Shown here one piece after another: positions 28,858 to 38,479 of a stretch of 64,000 nt of DNA (position 1 is its first letter; every line of letters starts with the position of its first letter). The position numbers and the translations under genes were made by a program. The stretch comes from Candidatus Uhrbacteria bacterium. GTDB lineage: Bacteria; Patescibacteriota; Patescibacteriia; UBA9934; GWF2-40-263. The DNA lies in NCBI GenBank assembly GCA_016219925.1, contig JACRJU010000013.1, positions 180,472 through 244,471 on the forward strand, given 5' to 3'. The notes below the pieces were generated by a model that worked only from the letters and a program-made list of their open reading frames with translations, did not search any database and was not told the DNA's origin.

Positions 28858-29222
28858 ACGCACGTCGGACAAATGTGCTGGATTTCAAGCATGTGAGGTG
28901 TACGCATGCGAACGATGGGGCAGGGAATGCAAGAAACTTTGTGGCAGGTGGGACAGGCCTCATGATCGTGGTGCTCTTTGGATATCAACTCAAAATATTC
29001 CTCCGTGGTGTGGGAATGAATGGAACGAATTAATCCGGCTTCGGTAAGTTTGGTGAGATTACGATAAATCGTCGAGAGTTGTTTATCTGGGACATGAGAG
29101 GCAAGCTGACTGGCACTCCATGCGCGATCTTGCAAAAAAACTTCGAGGAGATCGTGACGGTCTTGTGTACAACGCAATCCGGCGTTTTTGATGAGACGAT
29201 CAATGTGACAGGCGTGTTGCAT
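28854..29222 (-). CDS. zur: Fur-family regulator (Zur-like)
   Basis: GLRCT..R, STIYRNL, HHDHEACPTC and terminal CPTC motifs; heads the znu operon. Confidence 0.8.
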   Translation of the reverse strand: MQHACHIDRLIKNAGLRCTQDRHDLLEVFLQDRAWSASQLASHVPDKQLSTIYRNLTKLTEAGLIRSIHSHTTEEYFELISKEHHDHEACPTCHKVSCIPCPIVRMRTPHMLEIQHICPTCV

Positions 29223-29243
29223 AGGGGATGAGGCGGTATTGTT

Positions 29244-29360
29244 TTGCGATTTGTGCCATGTCTCTGGGCCAGCGCCTGCCCGCCATCCGGCCTGAGCCGT
29301 CAGGCGATGGCAGGCGGGGACTCCTCGCCGCTGTTCCCTCCGACATGGCACAAATCGCAA
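29244..29360 (+). repeat. Hairpin repeat family A, copy 4, carrying a 44-bp palindromic insertion (29275-29318)
   Basis: 19-bp perfect stem; core split between CAGCG and GACTCC. Confidence 0.92.
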
Positions 29361-29416
29361 CAGGTTCCTTCGCTTCTATTGGTCGCTCATGATGGCGAAG
29401 CAAGTATCAGATATGT

Positions 29417-29447
29417 ACATTATGCAAATAGATTCGCATAATGTCAA
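29417..29447 (-). promoter_or_regulatory. zur-znu promoter with an overlapping palindromic operator (putative Zur box)
   Basis: ACATTATGCaAATagATTcGCATAATGT palindrome; minus strand TTGACA-17-CATAAT. Confidence 0.7.
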
Positions 29448-29476
29448 ATACCGCATTTGTGGTATGATAAACATCT

Positions 29477-30574
29477 ATGTTGCGTTTTTTGCCATTATTT
29501 TTGTTTTGTTTTTCTTTGATTTATTCGCCAACGGCGTACGCGCAGGAGACCGACCAGCCCAGGTCCGTTGAAGCGGTGATCGCAAGCGTACAGGATAAGA
29601 GCGAACAGGGGCGCAAACTTTTTTATCGTTTTACGGCCAAGACGGTCTTGGATGAAACGTTTGTCGTTGATACCCGCGCTTCTTATCCAGACGGGCTCTA
29701 TCTCACCCTTGGGCCTGGTGATCGTGTCACGCTTCGTATTGTGGAAATGCCGGACGGGACCCAGCAAACGTTTTTTGAAGATAAGATTCGCCACCCCTCG
29801 CTTCTGCTTTTGTTCGGGTTGTTTGCGGTCCTCGCGATTGCGGTCGGCTGGTTTCATGGAGTATTTTCTCTGATCGGGCTTGCCTTGACGCTCATCATTC
29901 TCTTCGGATTTCTTTTTCCAAGCATTTTGTCTGGCAAAGATCCGGTCTTGATGACGATTTTGAGCTCCGTGGTGATCTTGGCGGTGAACATGCATCTTTC
30001 CCATGGTCTGCGCGTGCGAACCTTTTTCGCTTTCTTGGGGACGATTGCCGGATTGGCCGTGGCTATTCTCTCCAGTTGGTGGTTTGCACATGCGACCTAT
30101 CTTTCCGGTCTTGGAACCGAGGAGGCTTCGTTGGTGCTTTGGGACATCAAAACGATTACGGATCCCGTGGGATTGTTTATTGCGGCGACCATTCTCGGAG
30201 CTGTGGGAGTTTTGGATGATATTGCCGTCGCTCAATCCGAAGTGGTTGAGGAACTTCAAAGCGTCAATCCGGAATTTACGCGCAAGGAATTGTTTGTACG
30301 AGCCATGCGCATCGGACGGCATCACATCGCCTCAACGGTCAACACGCTTGTTCTGGTGTATGCGGGCGCGGCTCTCCCAACCTTTCTCCTATTCTTCAAT
30401 ACAGCACAAGGTCCTTTGGTCTTTCTTAATAACGAATCCGTGGCTGAAGAGATTGTGCGCATTTTGGCCGGAACGGTTGCGCTTATTCTCACCGTTCCAT
30501 TTTCAACGCTTTTGGCCACGATCCCTAAATCTAAAATCATCAAACGCGTTGACACTCATTCTCATGCAAGGTAG
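29477..30574 (+). CDS. YibE/F family membrane protein
   Basis: GAVGVLDDI, GRHHIASTVNTLVLVYAG and EEIVR motifs. Confidence 0.9.
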   Translation: MLRFLPLFLFCFSLIYSPTAYAQETDQPRSVEAVIASVQDKSEQGRKLFYRFTAKTVLDETFVVDTRASYPDGLYLTLGPGDRVTLRIVEMPDGTQQTFFEDKIRHPSLLLLFGLFAVLAIAVGWFHGVFSLIGLALTLIILFGFLFPSILSGKDPVLMTILSSVVILAVNMHLSHGLRVRTFFAFLGTIAGLAVAILSSWWFAHATYLSGLGTEEASLVLWDIKTITDPVGLFIAATILGAVGVLDDIAVAQSEVVEELQSVNPEFTRKELFVRAMRIGRHHIASTVNTLVLVYAGAALPTFLLFFNTAQGPLVFLNNESVAEEIVRILAGTVALILTVPFSTLLATIPKSKIIKRVDTHSHAR

Positions 30575-30586
30575 CGTGACATAACT

Positions 30587-31042
30587 ATGTCGATGTATAT
30601 CTCACAAGGCGGTCTGGATGAATTGAAACGCGAGTATCAAAAACGCGTAAAAATTACGCGCAGAGAAATTGCGGATGCGATTACTTCAGCGAAAGAACAG
30701 GGAGACTTGTCCGAAAATTTTGAATACCAAGATGCGAAGGAGCAACAAGCGCTCAATGAAGCGCGTATCGCCCAACTTGAAGGGATGATCCATGATGCGG
30801 TCATTGTTGAACAGACTCAAGGAAATGATACGATTGAACTTGGATGTACCTTTCTGGCTCTTGTTAATGGTGCAGAGAAGACTTTTTCTCTTGTTGGTTC
30901 AACGGAGGCCGATCCGATCGCTGGAAAAATCAGCAACGAATCGCCATTGGGTCGTGCCCTTTATGGCCACGGGCCTGGCGAGATGGTCGATGTTCAGACG
31001 CCAAATGGTTCCATTCAGTATAAAATTATTTCCATTACATAG
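30587..31042 (+). CDS. greA: Transcription elongation factor GreA
   Basis: GDLSENFEY and ISNESPLGRAL motifs. Confidence 0.96.
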   Translation: MSMYISQGGLDELKREYQKRVKITRREIADAITSAKEQGDLSENFEYQDAKEQQALNEARIAQLEGMIHDAVIVEQTQGNDTIELGCTFLALVNGAEKTFSLVGSTEADPIAGKISNESPLGRALYGHGPGEMVDVQTPNGSIQYKIISIT

Positions 31043-31045
31043 CGT

Positions 31046-32524
31046 ATGCCAGATGAATCTGCTTCGCGCCTCGAACGTCTTGAGCGTTTACAAGCCGCGA
31101 GTGTTGACCCGTATCCATCAACGACTCAACGAACGCATACCCTTCTGCAAGTACGAGAGCACTTTGAGGTTCTTGAGAAATCAGCCGAGCGTATGACTAT
31201 TGTCGGTCGCATCCGACTCATTCGCACACATGGTGGACTGACATTTCTTCAGATTCAAGATATCTCAGGCGTAATGCAGTTAGCTCTCAAGCGTGATGTT
31301 TTGGGTGAACAAGCCTATCATTTTTTTCATGAAACCATCGATCTGGGAGATTTTTTGCAATGTACAGGAACGGTTTTTCTGACAAAGAAGGGGGAACAGA
31401 CGCTTCTCGTCGATCAGTATGTTTTGCTTGCGAAAGCTCTGGAGCCTTTACCAGAAAAATGGCATGGTCTGACGGATGTCGAAGCGCGTTATCGTCAACG
31501 TGAACTCGATCTCCTTTCTCATCCGGAGGTCAAAGAGCGATTTTTGAAACGATCAAAACTGATCTCATCCATTCGTTCGTATTTGGATAATCATGGGTTC
31601 ATTGAAGTTGAAACACCGATTTTGCAGCCTATCCCCGGAGGCGCAAGTGCCCGTCCGTTTGTCACGCACCACAATGCGCTCGATGCGGATTTGTATTTGC
31701 GCATCGCCCCCGAACTGTATTTGAAACGCTTGTTGGTTGGAGGATTTGAAAAGATTTACGAGATTGGAAAAGTGTTCCGTAATGAAGGAATTGACTACGC
31801 TCATAATCCTGAATTCACGATGTTGGAGTGCTACTGGTCCTATGTGTCGGGCCGTGATAACTACATTGATTTTTTGGAGGATTTTTTGCGCACGATTATG
31901 CGAGCGACCATTGGGTCCTTGCGCGTGCCGTACGGGGAAGGGGAGATCGATTTTTCGGGTATGTGGCCGCGTAAAACTTTTCGTGAAGCGATTCTTGAAA
32001 GCTGTCAAATCGACATCGATGATTATCTAGATGAGAATGCTCTAAAAGCCGAAGTCAAAAAGAAAAAGCTCGATGTGGATTTTTCCGAATGTGTTGGGAT
32101 CGGCGAGTGTTACGATCAACTCTATAAAAAAACCGCGCGGGAAAAACTGGTTGAGCCGGTTTGGGTGTTTGATTACCCCCTCGAACTCAAGCCTCTGACG
32201 AAAGCCAGTCCGGATGATCCAAGCAAAAGCGCTTCCGTGCAGTTGGTGGTTCACGGCATGGAGGTTGTCAACGCGTACTATCACGAATTGAACGATCCTA
32301 TCGATCAACGTAAACGGTTTTTGGCTCAAGAAGCTCTGCGCGAGCGCGGGAGTCAAGATGCGCAATATGTTGATGAAGACTTTTTGCGTGCGCTTGAACA
32401 CGGCATGCCACCCACAAGCGGCATGGGGCTTGGGATTGATCGTTTTGTCGCTTTTTTGACCGGGGCCCCAAACTTGAAGGAAGTGATTTTGTTCCCGACC
32501 CTTCGTCCGAAGGGAGATTTGTAA
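31046..32524 (+). CDS. lysS: Lysyl-tRNA synthetase (class II)
   Basis: YLRIAPELYLK, FRNEG, HNPEF and GMGLGIDR motifs. Confidence 0.97.
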   Translation: MPDESASRLERLERLQAASVDPYPSTTQRTHTLLQVREHFEVLEKSAERMTIVGRIRLIRTHGGLTFLQIQDISGVMQLALKRDVLGEQAYHFFHETIDLGDFLQCTGTVFLTKKGEQTLLVDQYVLLAKALEPLPEKWHGLTDVEARYRQRELDLLSHPEVKERFLKRSKLISSIRSYLDNHGFIEVETPILQPIPGGASARPFVTHHNALDADLYLRIAPELYLKRLLVGGFEKIYEIGKVFRNEGIDYAHNPEFTMLECYWSYVSGRDNYIDFLEDFLRTIMRATIGSLRVPYGEGEIDFSGMWPRKTFREAILESCQIDIDDYLDENALKAEVKKKKLDVDFSECVGIGECYDQLYKKTAREKLVEPVWVFDYPLELKPLTKASPDDPSKSASVQLVVHGMEVVNAYYHELNDPIDQRKRFLAQEALRERGSQDAQYVDEDFLRALEHGMPPTSGMGLGIDRFVAFLTGAPNLKEVILFPTLRPKGDL

Positions 32525-32526
32525 CT

Positions 32527-32937
32527 ATGGCAAAGCGTGTGCTCGTTTTTGGGACGTTTGATGGATTACATTCTGGGCACCTCTTTTTTTTACGCCTGGC
32601 CCGTTCGCTTGGCGAAGAACTCCTTGTCTCTGTCGCGCGTGATCGTCACGTGCAAGCGTTCAAGCAAAAACAACCGCAACATCCTGAAAACGATCGTCTG
32701 CAAGCCGTTCGTGCGTTGTCCTTTGTGAAGGAGGCTGAACTTTCAGATGAGGTGCCGGGATCTTTTGGCTTGCTTGAAAAATGGCATCCCGATAGGGTTG
32801 TGATTGGACATGATCAAGATGAATTAGAAACAGCGCTTAAAGCGTGGGCTTCAGAACAGTTATCGCCTCCCATTATTCAACGGCTTGAGGATGAGTATGC
32901 ATACGGAACATGTCAAAATTGCTCTTGCCATCATTGA
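32527..32937 (+). CDS. Cytidylyltransferase-like nucleotidyltransferase (RibL/FAD synthase-like)
   Basis: FGTFDGLHSGH, VARD and GHDQ motifs. Confidence 0.8.
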   Translation: MAKRVLVFGTFDGLHSGHLFFLRLARSLGEELLVSVARDRHVQAFKQKQPQHPENDRLQAVRALSFVKEAELSDEVPGSFGLLEKWHPDRVVIGHDQDELETALKAWASEQLSPPIIQRLEDEYAYGTCQNCSCHH

Positions 32938-33322
32938 ACGGGACAACCGTATTCTGTTACTGCATCGACGGGATTTGGAACCTCAATGGGACGGAAAGTG
33001 GGAATTTCCTGGTGGAAAAATTGAGGCGGGTGAACAACCGGATCAAGCCGTTCATCGGGAAGTTCAAGAAGAGACTGGTTTGACCATTGATGAGGCCGCG
33101 TTGTTGTGTGTGCATCACCATGATTGGCATCTCGAAGATCGCACGCTTCATGTGGAACTTTATTGTTTTACCGCGAGTAATAGGGAAGGGGATTTTCATC
33201 TTGAACCCGAAAAGTGTTCAGAGGCAAGATGGGTTGATGTTCAGGAGGCGCTTACCTACGATTGTCTTGTCGCAAATCATGATTTGCTTCTGAAGTATGT
33301 ATCGCACCTGGATCGAAATTGA
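32897..33322 (+). CDS. Nudix hydrolase (MutT-like)
   Basis: Nudix box GGKIEAGE...REVQEETGL. Confidence 0.9.
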   Translation: MHTEHVKIALAIIERDNRILLLHRRDLEPQWDGKWEFPGGKIEAGEQPDQAVHREVQEETGLTIDEAALLCVHHHDWHLEDRTLHVELYCFTASNREGDFHLEPEKCSEARWVDVQEALTYDCLVANHDLLLKYVSHLDRN

Positions 33323-34427
33323 TGAGCAAGCGCTTGTCACTAACATCAAGACTCTCCGTAGCCTTTCGGAAGGCGCGCGGTTTTGTGCGATCGTGAAGGC
33401 AAATGCCTATGGCCATGGACTAAAGGAAGTCGCGCAGATTGTCTCTCGTGTTGGGGTCACGGCGTTTGGAGTCGATCACATTGACGATGCCATCTTGTTG
33501 CGCGAGAGATTTCCCAGCGCCCTGATTATCGTGCTTGGGTACACTCTGTTTGAACGCTTCGGTGATGCTGTCCATCACAACATTGAACTCACGCTTTACG
33601 ACAAAGAAGGGATTGCCCATGCAGAACGGATGGCCGCATCAGCGGCAACCTTATTGCGCGTACATCTCAAACTGGAAACCGGTACAACACGACAAGGGGT
33701 CATGTCTGAAGATATGTTGGATCTTTTGCTTGAGCTCAAACGATGCTCGCATGTGCAGATTTCAGGGGTCTCAACGCACTTTGCCAATATTGAAGATACT
33801 TCTGACCCGCAATATGCCTCCGAACAGTTTTCTCGATTTCTTGCAGGAATTGAGCAAATTCGAACGGAAGGTTTTGATCCAGAACACATTCATTGCGCCT
33901 GCTCGGCGGCCGTGCTTGTTTATCCGCAAACGCACCAGACGCTCGTGCGGCCTGGCATCGCGTTGTATGGTCTGTGGCCTTCAGCCCTTGTAGAGCAAAC
34001 CGTCCGCAAGCAAAATATTTCTTGTGATCTTCGTCCGGTTCTCCGATGGAAAACACGTATCGCACAGGTGAAATCCGTGAGAACGGGAACTCCGGTCGGC
34101 TACGGACTTACGGTGCGAATGAAACAGCGCAGTCGCGTTGGCATTCTTCCCGTGGGATATTGGGATGGCTATGATCGATCGCTCTCTGGGGTGGGGGAGG
34201 TGCTTGTTTCAGGACAGCGCTGTCCAGTGCTTGGCCGGATTTGCATGAATATGATGATGATTGATGTCTCAAATGTTCCGAAAGTCGAGAAGGAACAGCC
34301 AGTCACGTTGATTGGAGTTGATGGACGCCATGAAATCAGCGCGGCTGAATTAGCTATGAAGGCGCAGACCATTCCGTATGAAATTGTTTCACGGATTAAT
34401 GCGATCTTGCCACGTGTGGTTGTTTAA
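33297..34427 (+). CDS. alr: Alanine racemase
   Basis: VKANAYGHG, RPGIALYG, GYWDG and GRICMN motifs. Confidence 0.96.
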   Translation: MYRTWIEIDEQALVTNIKTLRSLSEGARFCAIVKANAYGHGLKEVAQIVSRVGVTAFGVDHIDDAILLRERFPSALIIVLGYTLFERFGDAVHHNIELTLYDKEGIAHAERMAASAATLLRVHLKLETGTTRQGVMSEDMLDLLLELKRCSHVQISGVSTHFANIEDTSDPQYASEQFSRFLAGIEQIRTEGFDPEHIHCACSAAVLVYPQTHQTLVRPGIALYGLWPSALVEQTVRKQNISCDLRPVLRWKTRIAQVKSVRTGTPVGYGLTVRMKQRSRVGILPVGYWDGYDRSLSGVGEVLVSGQRCPVLGRICMNMMMIDVSNVPKVEKEQPVTLIGVDGRHEISAAELAMKAQTIPYEIVSRINAILPRVVV

Positions 34428-34430
34428 CTT

Positions 34431-35270
34431 ATGAAGCGTCGTGATTACTTTCGAAGAACGCAACAGAAACAATATATCTCGCGTCCAAAAGCGAATCCCT
34501 ATTTTCGTTCCAAAGATGATCGCAAGCGACTCTTTGGAACGATTGGAGCCATAGGAACTGTTGTTCTGATGGTCGTCCTTCTCATTGTGCTTTTAGCACA
34601 TCCTTTTTTTAACATCACGTCTGTGACCGTTCATGGAGCTGTTCAAACCGATCGAGGAGCTCTCTCAGAGACGATTCGATCTGCTCTGCATGAACGCCCT
34701 CTTCTTTTTTTTCGCCGCCAAAATCGTTTCTTATTTCGATCGACCGCTCTAAGCAAAACACTGAATGATTCTTTTGCCTTTCGTGACGTCCAGATCAAGC
34801 TCCAGAGGAAACAACTCAATATTGCGGTCGTTGAACGCACCTCGCAGCTCATTTGGAAGAGTGCAGAAGAAGCGTATGTGGTTGATCTTGATGGAATTGT
34901 GATTCGTTCTCTTGATGTTGAAGAGTGGGAACATCTCAAAACGCTTTTGCCAATCTTTGTTGATAAGAATGGCACGAAGGTGACCGTTGGCACCTCGATA
35001 TCAAATCGTGTTGAGATCTCGACAATTTTTGCGTTTAATGAAGAACTTCAGAAGCGTCAGATTCACGTGTCGCAAACAGACATTGATCGGCTCTCGGGGA
35101 AATGGATCGGAACTCTGACGCAAGATGGATATCGTATTTTGTTTGATGCCACAAGCGATATTAAGGAACAGGTTGAACGGCTTGATGTGTTGTTGCGGGA
35201 GAAAATTTCTGATCGCTCAAAGCTTGAATACATTGATCTGCGGTTCGGGGATCATGTGTATTATAAGTAA
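34431..35270 (+). CDS. ftsQ: FtsQ/DivIB-like cell division protein
   Basis: Basic N-terminus, one TM, POTRA-like region, C-terminal YIDLRF. Confidence 0.75.
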   Translation: MKRRDYFRRTQQKQYISRPKANPYFRSKDDRKRLFGTIGAIGTVVLMVVLLIVLLAHPFFNITSVTVHGAVQTDRGALSETIRSALHERPLLFFRRQNRFLFRSTALSKTLNDSFAFRDVQIKLQRKQLNIAVVERTSQLIWKSAEEAYVVDLDGIVIRSLDVEEWEHLKTLLPIFVDKNGTKVTVGTSISNRVEISTIFAFNEELQKRQIHVSQTDIDRLSGKWIGTLTQDGYRILFDATSDIKEQVERLDVLLREKISDRSKLEYIDLRFGDHVYYK

Positions 35271-35281
35271 AGGGAAGAGAG

Positions 35282-35364
35282 TCGTTTTGCGGTTTGTGCT
35301 ATGTCTCCGGGCCAGCGGACTCCTCGCGGCTGTTCCCTCCGACATAGCACAAACCGCAAAACGA
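35282..35364 (+). repeat. Hairpin repeat family A, copy 5
   Basis: 24-bp perfect stem TCGTTTTGCGGTTTGTGCTATGTC/GACATAGCACAAACCGCAAAACGA plus the core. Confidence 0.95.
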
Positions 35365-35605
35365 TCGACAGCAAGCACACATCTGCGTCTCTGGGTCGTC
35401 CACCCTAGCTTGTGTCTTAAAATGAAATATCGCAAAAAGAATATTCAGAAGAGTGAGCGAGACAGAAATGTCTTTCTTTTTATCTCTTCTCTCCATGGGG
35501 TGGGTGATCCCGAACACAAACCGGACCAGTCATGAAGACCAGTCCGGAATATACTGAATAACCGAGATCTATCCTAGCGTCGTATAAGGTTTATTGTACG
35601 ACACA

Positions 35606-35833
35606 TTAGAATCCTTTAAACACGTCGGTGAGATATAACAGCAACAGCATAATCGCTCCCATAAAGAATAAGGCAAGAGCAATGAGAACCAGGGCTTTTA
35701 CCGTCACATCGTCCTCTGCTGCCCCACGGATCATGTGGAAGCTGATGGACATGAAGGTGATTGTCGGTCCGAGAACAAAGAGCCAGCCGATAATTTTGAG
35801 AATGAGTTCAAGGGTCATAGAGATCTTTGCCAT
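35606..35833 (-). CDS. Small two-TM hypothetical protein
   Basis: Two hydrophobic helices; start overlaps the M23 gene stop. Confidence 0.6.
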   Translation of the reverse strand: MAKISMTLELILKIIGWLFVLGPTITFMSISFHMIRGAAEDDVTVKALVLIALALFFMGAIMLLLLYLTDVFKGF

Positions 35834-37038
35834 TAAAACGATGGAAGATAATCAAGGGGATTGGTTGGAATGCCATTTTTTCTGACTTCGAAATGGAGGT
35901 GAGGTCCGGTTGAGAAACCTGTGCTTCCGACCGCTCCAATCACATCCCCTTGAGCGACATATTGATCCGCTGAAACGCCGATACGCGAGAGGTGCGCGTA
36001 GAGTGTGGCGGTCTGATCGGCGTGGATGATCATGACGTAATTGCCATATTGAGTCCCTCGACGAGCCCAGGCGACGTATCCTGAAGCCGCGGCATGAACA
36101 GGGGTTCCTGTTGGCGCAGGCAAATCGATACCAGAGTGTTCGAACAGGTGTCTAAATGGATAGGTGGGATCATGAAAATAGGTGGAGAGACCCTTTATCG
36201 AAGGATCAAACGGCCAAGCGAGAGGCCCCTCCCCTGCCTCGGTTCCTGTTTTGGATTTAAGCTTGCGTTCGACTTCTTGTTGCAAGGATTGAATCTGCTG
36301 ATTGATCGCCGCTTGTTCTTGTTTTAAGTCTTGTAGTAACGATCGAAAAGCGTTTTCCGATCGTTGTGTTTGATCAATGAGGGTTTGCCGCGATCCCACC
36401 TCATCTTCCAAAAGATCTTGTTGTTTTTCTAACGCCAACTGAACTTTTTCCTGTTGGGTTTTTTGCTCTTGTTGATTGGTGCGTTTGGTTTCAATTTGAG
36501 CCTTGGCTTGGTTTGCACTTTCTAAGGTGTCTTTTAACTCCTCATTAACATTCTGGAGTGCCGCCGCCTCGTCAAAGAGGTCTGCAATGGAATCCGAACC
36601 AAACAAAAGTTGAAGAGGAAGATCTTTGTCTTTCGTTTGAATGTGTCTAAGCACACCAGCCATCAATTCCTTGTCATGAGTTAATTTTTGATCAAGCTGG
36701 CCGATTTCTTCGTTTAAGAGGGCGATTTGCGTATTGATCAAATCGATCTCATCCTTACTTTGGTCTATTTCCAATTTTGACTTTGCGATACGGTTTTCAA
36801 GAAGCTCCAATTCGCCGTTCAGGGTTGCCTTTTCTTTTTGTTTTTCTTGAATTTTGGTTTGGTACTGTTCAATTTGTTGATTGATCTTATCGATGTTTCC
36901 TTTTTTTTCATTGATGGATTTATTGATGGCATCAATTTGTGTTGTATATTCTGGCGCTTGTTGAGCCAACGCAAAAACACTCCCTGAAGCCAGCAAGGTG
37001 GTGACAACTATCGCGCTAAGTAAGCTGACTGATCGCAT
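35833..37038 (-). CDS. Coiled-coil M23 metallopeptidase (EnvC/MepM-like)
   Basis: Signal peptide, long coiled coil, HSGID and TGPHLHFE motifs. Confidence 0.9.
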   Translation of the reverse strand: MRSVSLLSAIVVTTLLASGSVFALAQQAPEYTTQIDAINKSINEKKGNIDKINQQIEQYQTKIQEKQKEKATLNGELELLENRIAKSKLEIDQSKDEIDLINTQIALLNEEIGQLDQKLTHDKELMAGVLRHIQTKDKDLPLQLLFGSDSIADLFDEAAALQNVNEELKDTLESANQAKAQIETKRTNQQEQKTQQEKVQLALEKQQDLLEDEVGSRQTLIDQTQRSENAFRSLLQDLKQEQAAINQQIQSLQQEVERKLKSKTGTEAGEGPLAWPFDPSIKGLSTYFHDPTYPFRHLFEHSGIDLPAPTGTPVHAAASGYVAWARRGTQYGNYVMIIHADQTATLYAHLSRIGVSADQYVAQGDVIGAVGSTGFSTGPHLHFEVRKNGIPTNPLDYLPSF

Positions 37039-38479
37039 GATCGATGCGTTTAAGTGTCTCCTGTTTGCCAAGCACCCACATGAACTCGTGAGGACCGGCG
37101 GAACGCTCTTGTCCGGAAAGCGCCACACGGAGCGGCCACAAGACGTTGCCGTTTTTGAGTCCATTATCTTCAATATACCGCTTGAGCCCCTTTTCTATCA
37201 ACGCGGCCGTGTCAAACATGGACGAGTCTTTGGCGTTGAGAAAAACACGGAGATTCAATAACTGTTCTTTAGCATCTTCCCGCGTACTTTTTTTCCACAC
37301 AAGAAGATCGGCCGCGTACATCGGTTGCATGGTATAGACAATCAACGCATCCTTTACTTCGCTAAGCAATTGGATGCGCGTTTTTTCAATTTCCATGGCG
37401 CGAATACCGAGAGCCTCATCAACCCCCCCTCCCTCTTCGATGAAGGGTTTTGAACGCGCTAAAATTTTCGCCCCAGAAAGCTGTTTAATGTACTGACCAT
37501 TCATCCACAACAGCTTGTTGACATCAAAGACAGCGCCGCTTTTATTGATTTTTTTAAGATTAAAAGCTTCAATAAACTCATCGCGTGTGTAAATTTCGCG
37601 ATTGGATGTGGGGTTAAATCCCAGAAGCGAGACGTAATTTGAAAGGGCTTCTTCCAGATAACCTTTCGCAAGGTAATCCTCAACAGAAACATCTCCTTGG
37701 CGTTTAGAGAGTTTTGATTTATCCGGGTTTAGAATTAAAGGAAGGTGTGCAAACACAGGAAGATCGAATCCAAACCAACCGTAGAGCAGCACATGTTTTG
37801 GCACAGAGGATAGCCACTCTTCCCCACGAATGATATGCGTAACGCCCATCGCGTGGTCATCCACAACGACCGCAAGATGATACGTTGGAAATCCATCAGC
37901 TTTAAGCAACACTTGATCATCAACTTCCGCATGATCAATCACGACCGTTCCACGGATCTCATCTTGAAAGATCGTCTTCCCTTCCGGGATTTTCATGCGA
38001 ATCACATAGGAAGTGCCGAGATCCAACTGTTTATCAATTTCCGCTTGAGTCAGCTGTAAACATTTGCGGTCATATTTTGTCGGTCGTTTGGTTGCTTGTT
38101 GGGACTCGCGAAGGGTTTCGAGGCGTTTTTTTGTGCAAAAACAGTAATAGGCCTGCTGTTGTTCGATCAACTGCATGGCATGAGTACGATAAGTGTTCAA
38201 GCGATTTGATTGCGTATAGGGACCGTTTGGTCCTTTTTCAACGAGATGACCATCCTGCAAATAGGGACCTTCGTCATATGAAATATCCATGCGCGCGAGC
38301 GTACGGATAAGCGATTCGACAGCGCCGGGAACAGAGCGGGCCTGATCCGTATCTTCAATGCGTAACACAAACGTTCCGCCGTGCTTTTTTGCAAAGTAGT
38401 AATTGTAGAGGGCTGTTCGAAGTGAACCGATGTGCAAGGAGCCCGTTGGAGAGGGCGGAAAGCGCGTTTTAACATTCAT
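37016..38479 (-). CDS. gltX: Glutamyl-tRNA synthetase
   Basis: RFPPSPTGSLHIG, LRIEDTD and KLSKR motifs. Confidence 0.97.
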   Translation of the reverse strand: MNVKTRFPPSPTGSLHIGSLRTALYNYYFAKKHGGTFVLRIEDTDQARSVPGAVESLIRTLARMDISYDEGPYLQDGHLVEKGPNGPYTQSNRLNTYRTHAMQLIEQQQAYYCFCTKKRLETLRESQQATKRPTKYDRKCLQLTQAEIDKQLDLGTSYVIRMKIPEGKTIFQDEIRGTVVIDHAEVDDQVLLKADGFPTYHLAVVVDDHAMGVTHIIRGEEWLSSVPKHVLLYGWFGFDLPVFAHLPLILNPDKSKLSKRQGDVSVEDYLAKGYLEEALSNYVSLLGFNPTSNREIYTRDEFIEAFNLKKINKSGAVFDVNKLLWMNGQYIKQLSGAKILARSKPFIEEGGGVDEALGIRAMEIEKTRIQLLSEVKDALIVYTMQPMYAADLLVWKKSTREDAKEQLLNLRVFLNAKDSSMFDTAALIEKGLKRYIEDNGLKNGNVLWPLRVALSGQERSAGPHEFMWVLGKQETLKRIDHAISQLT

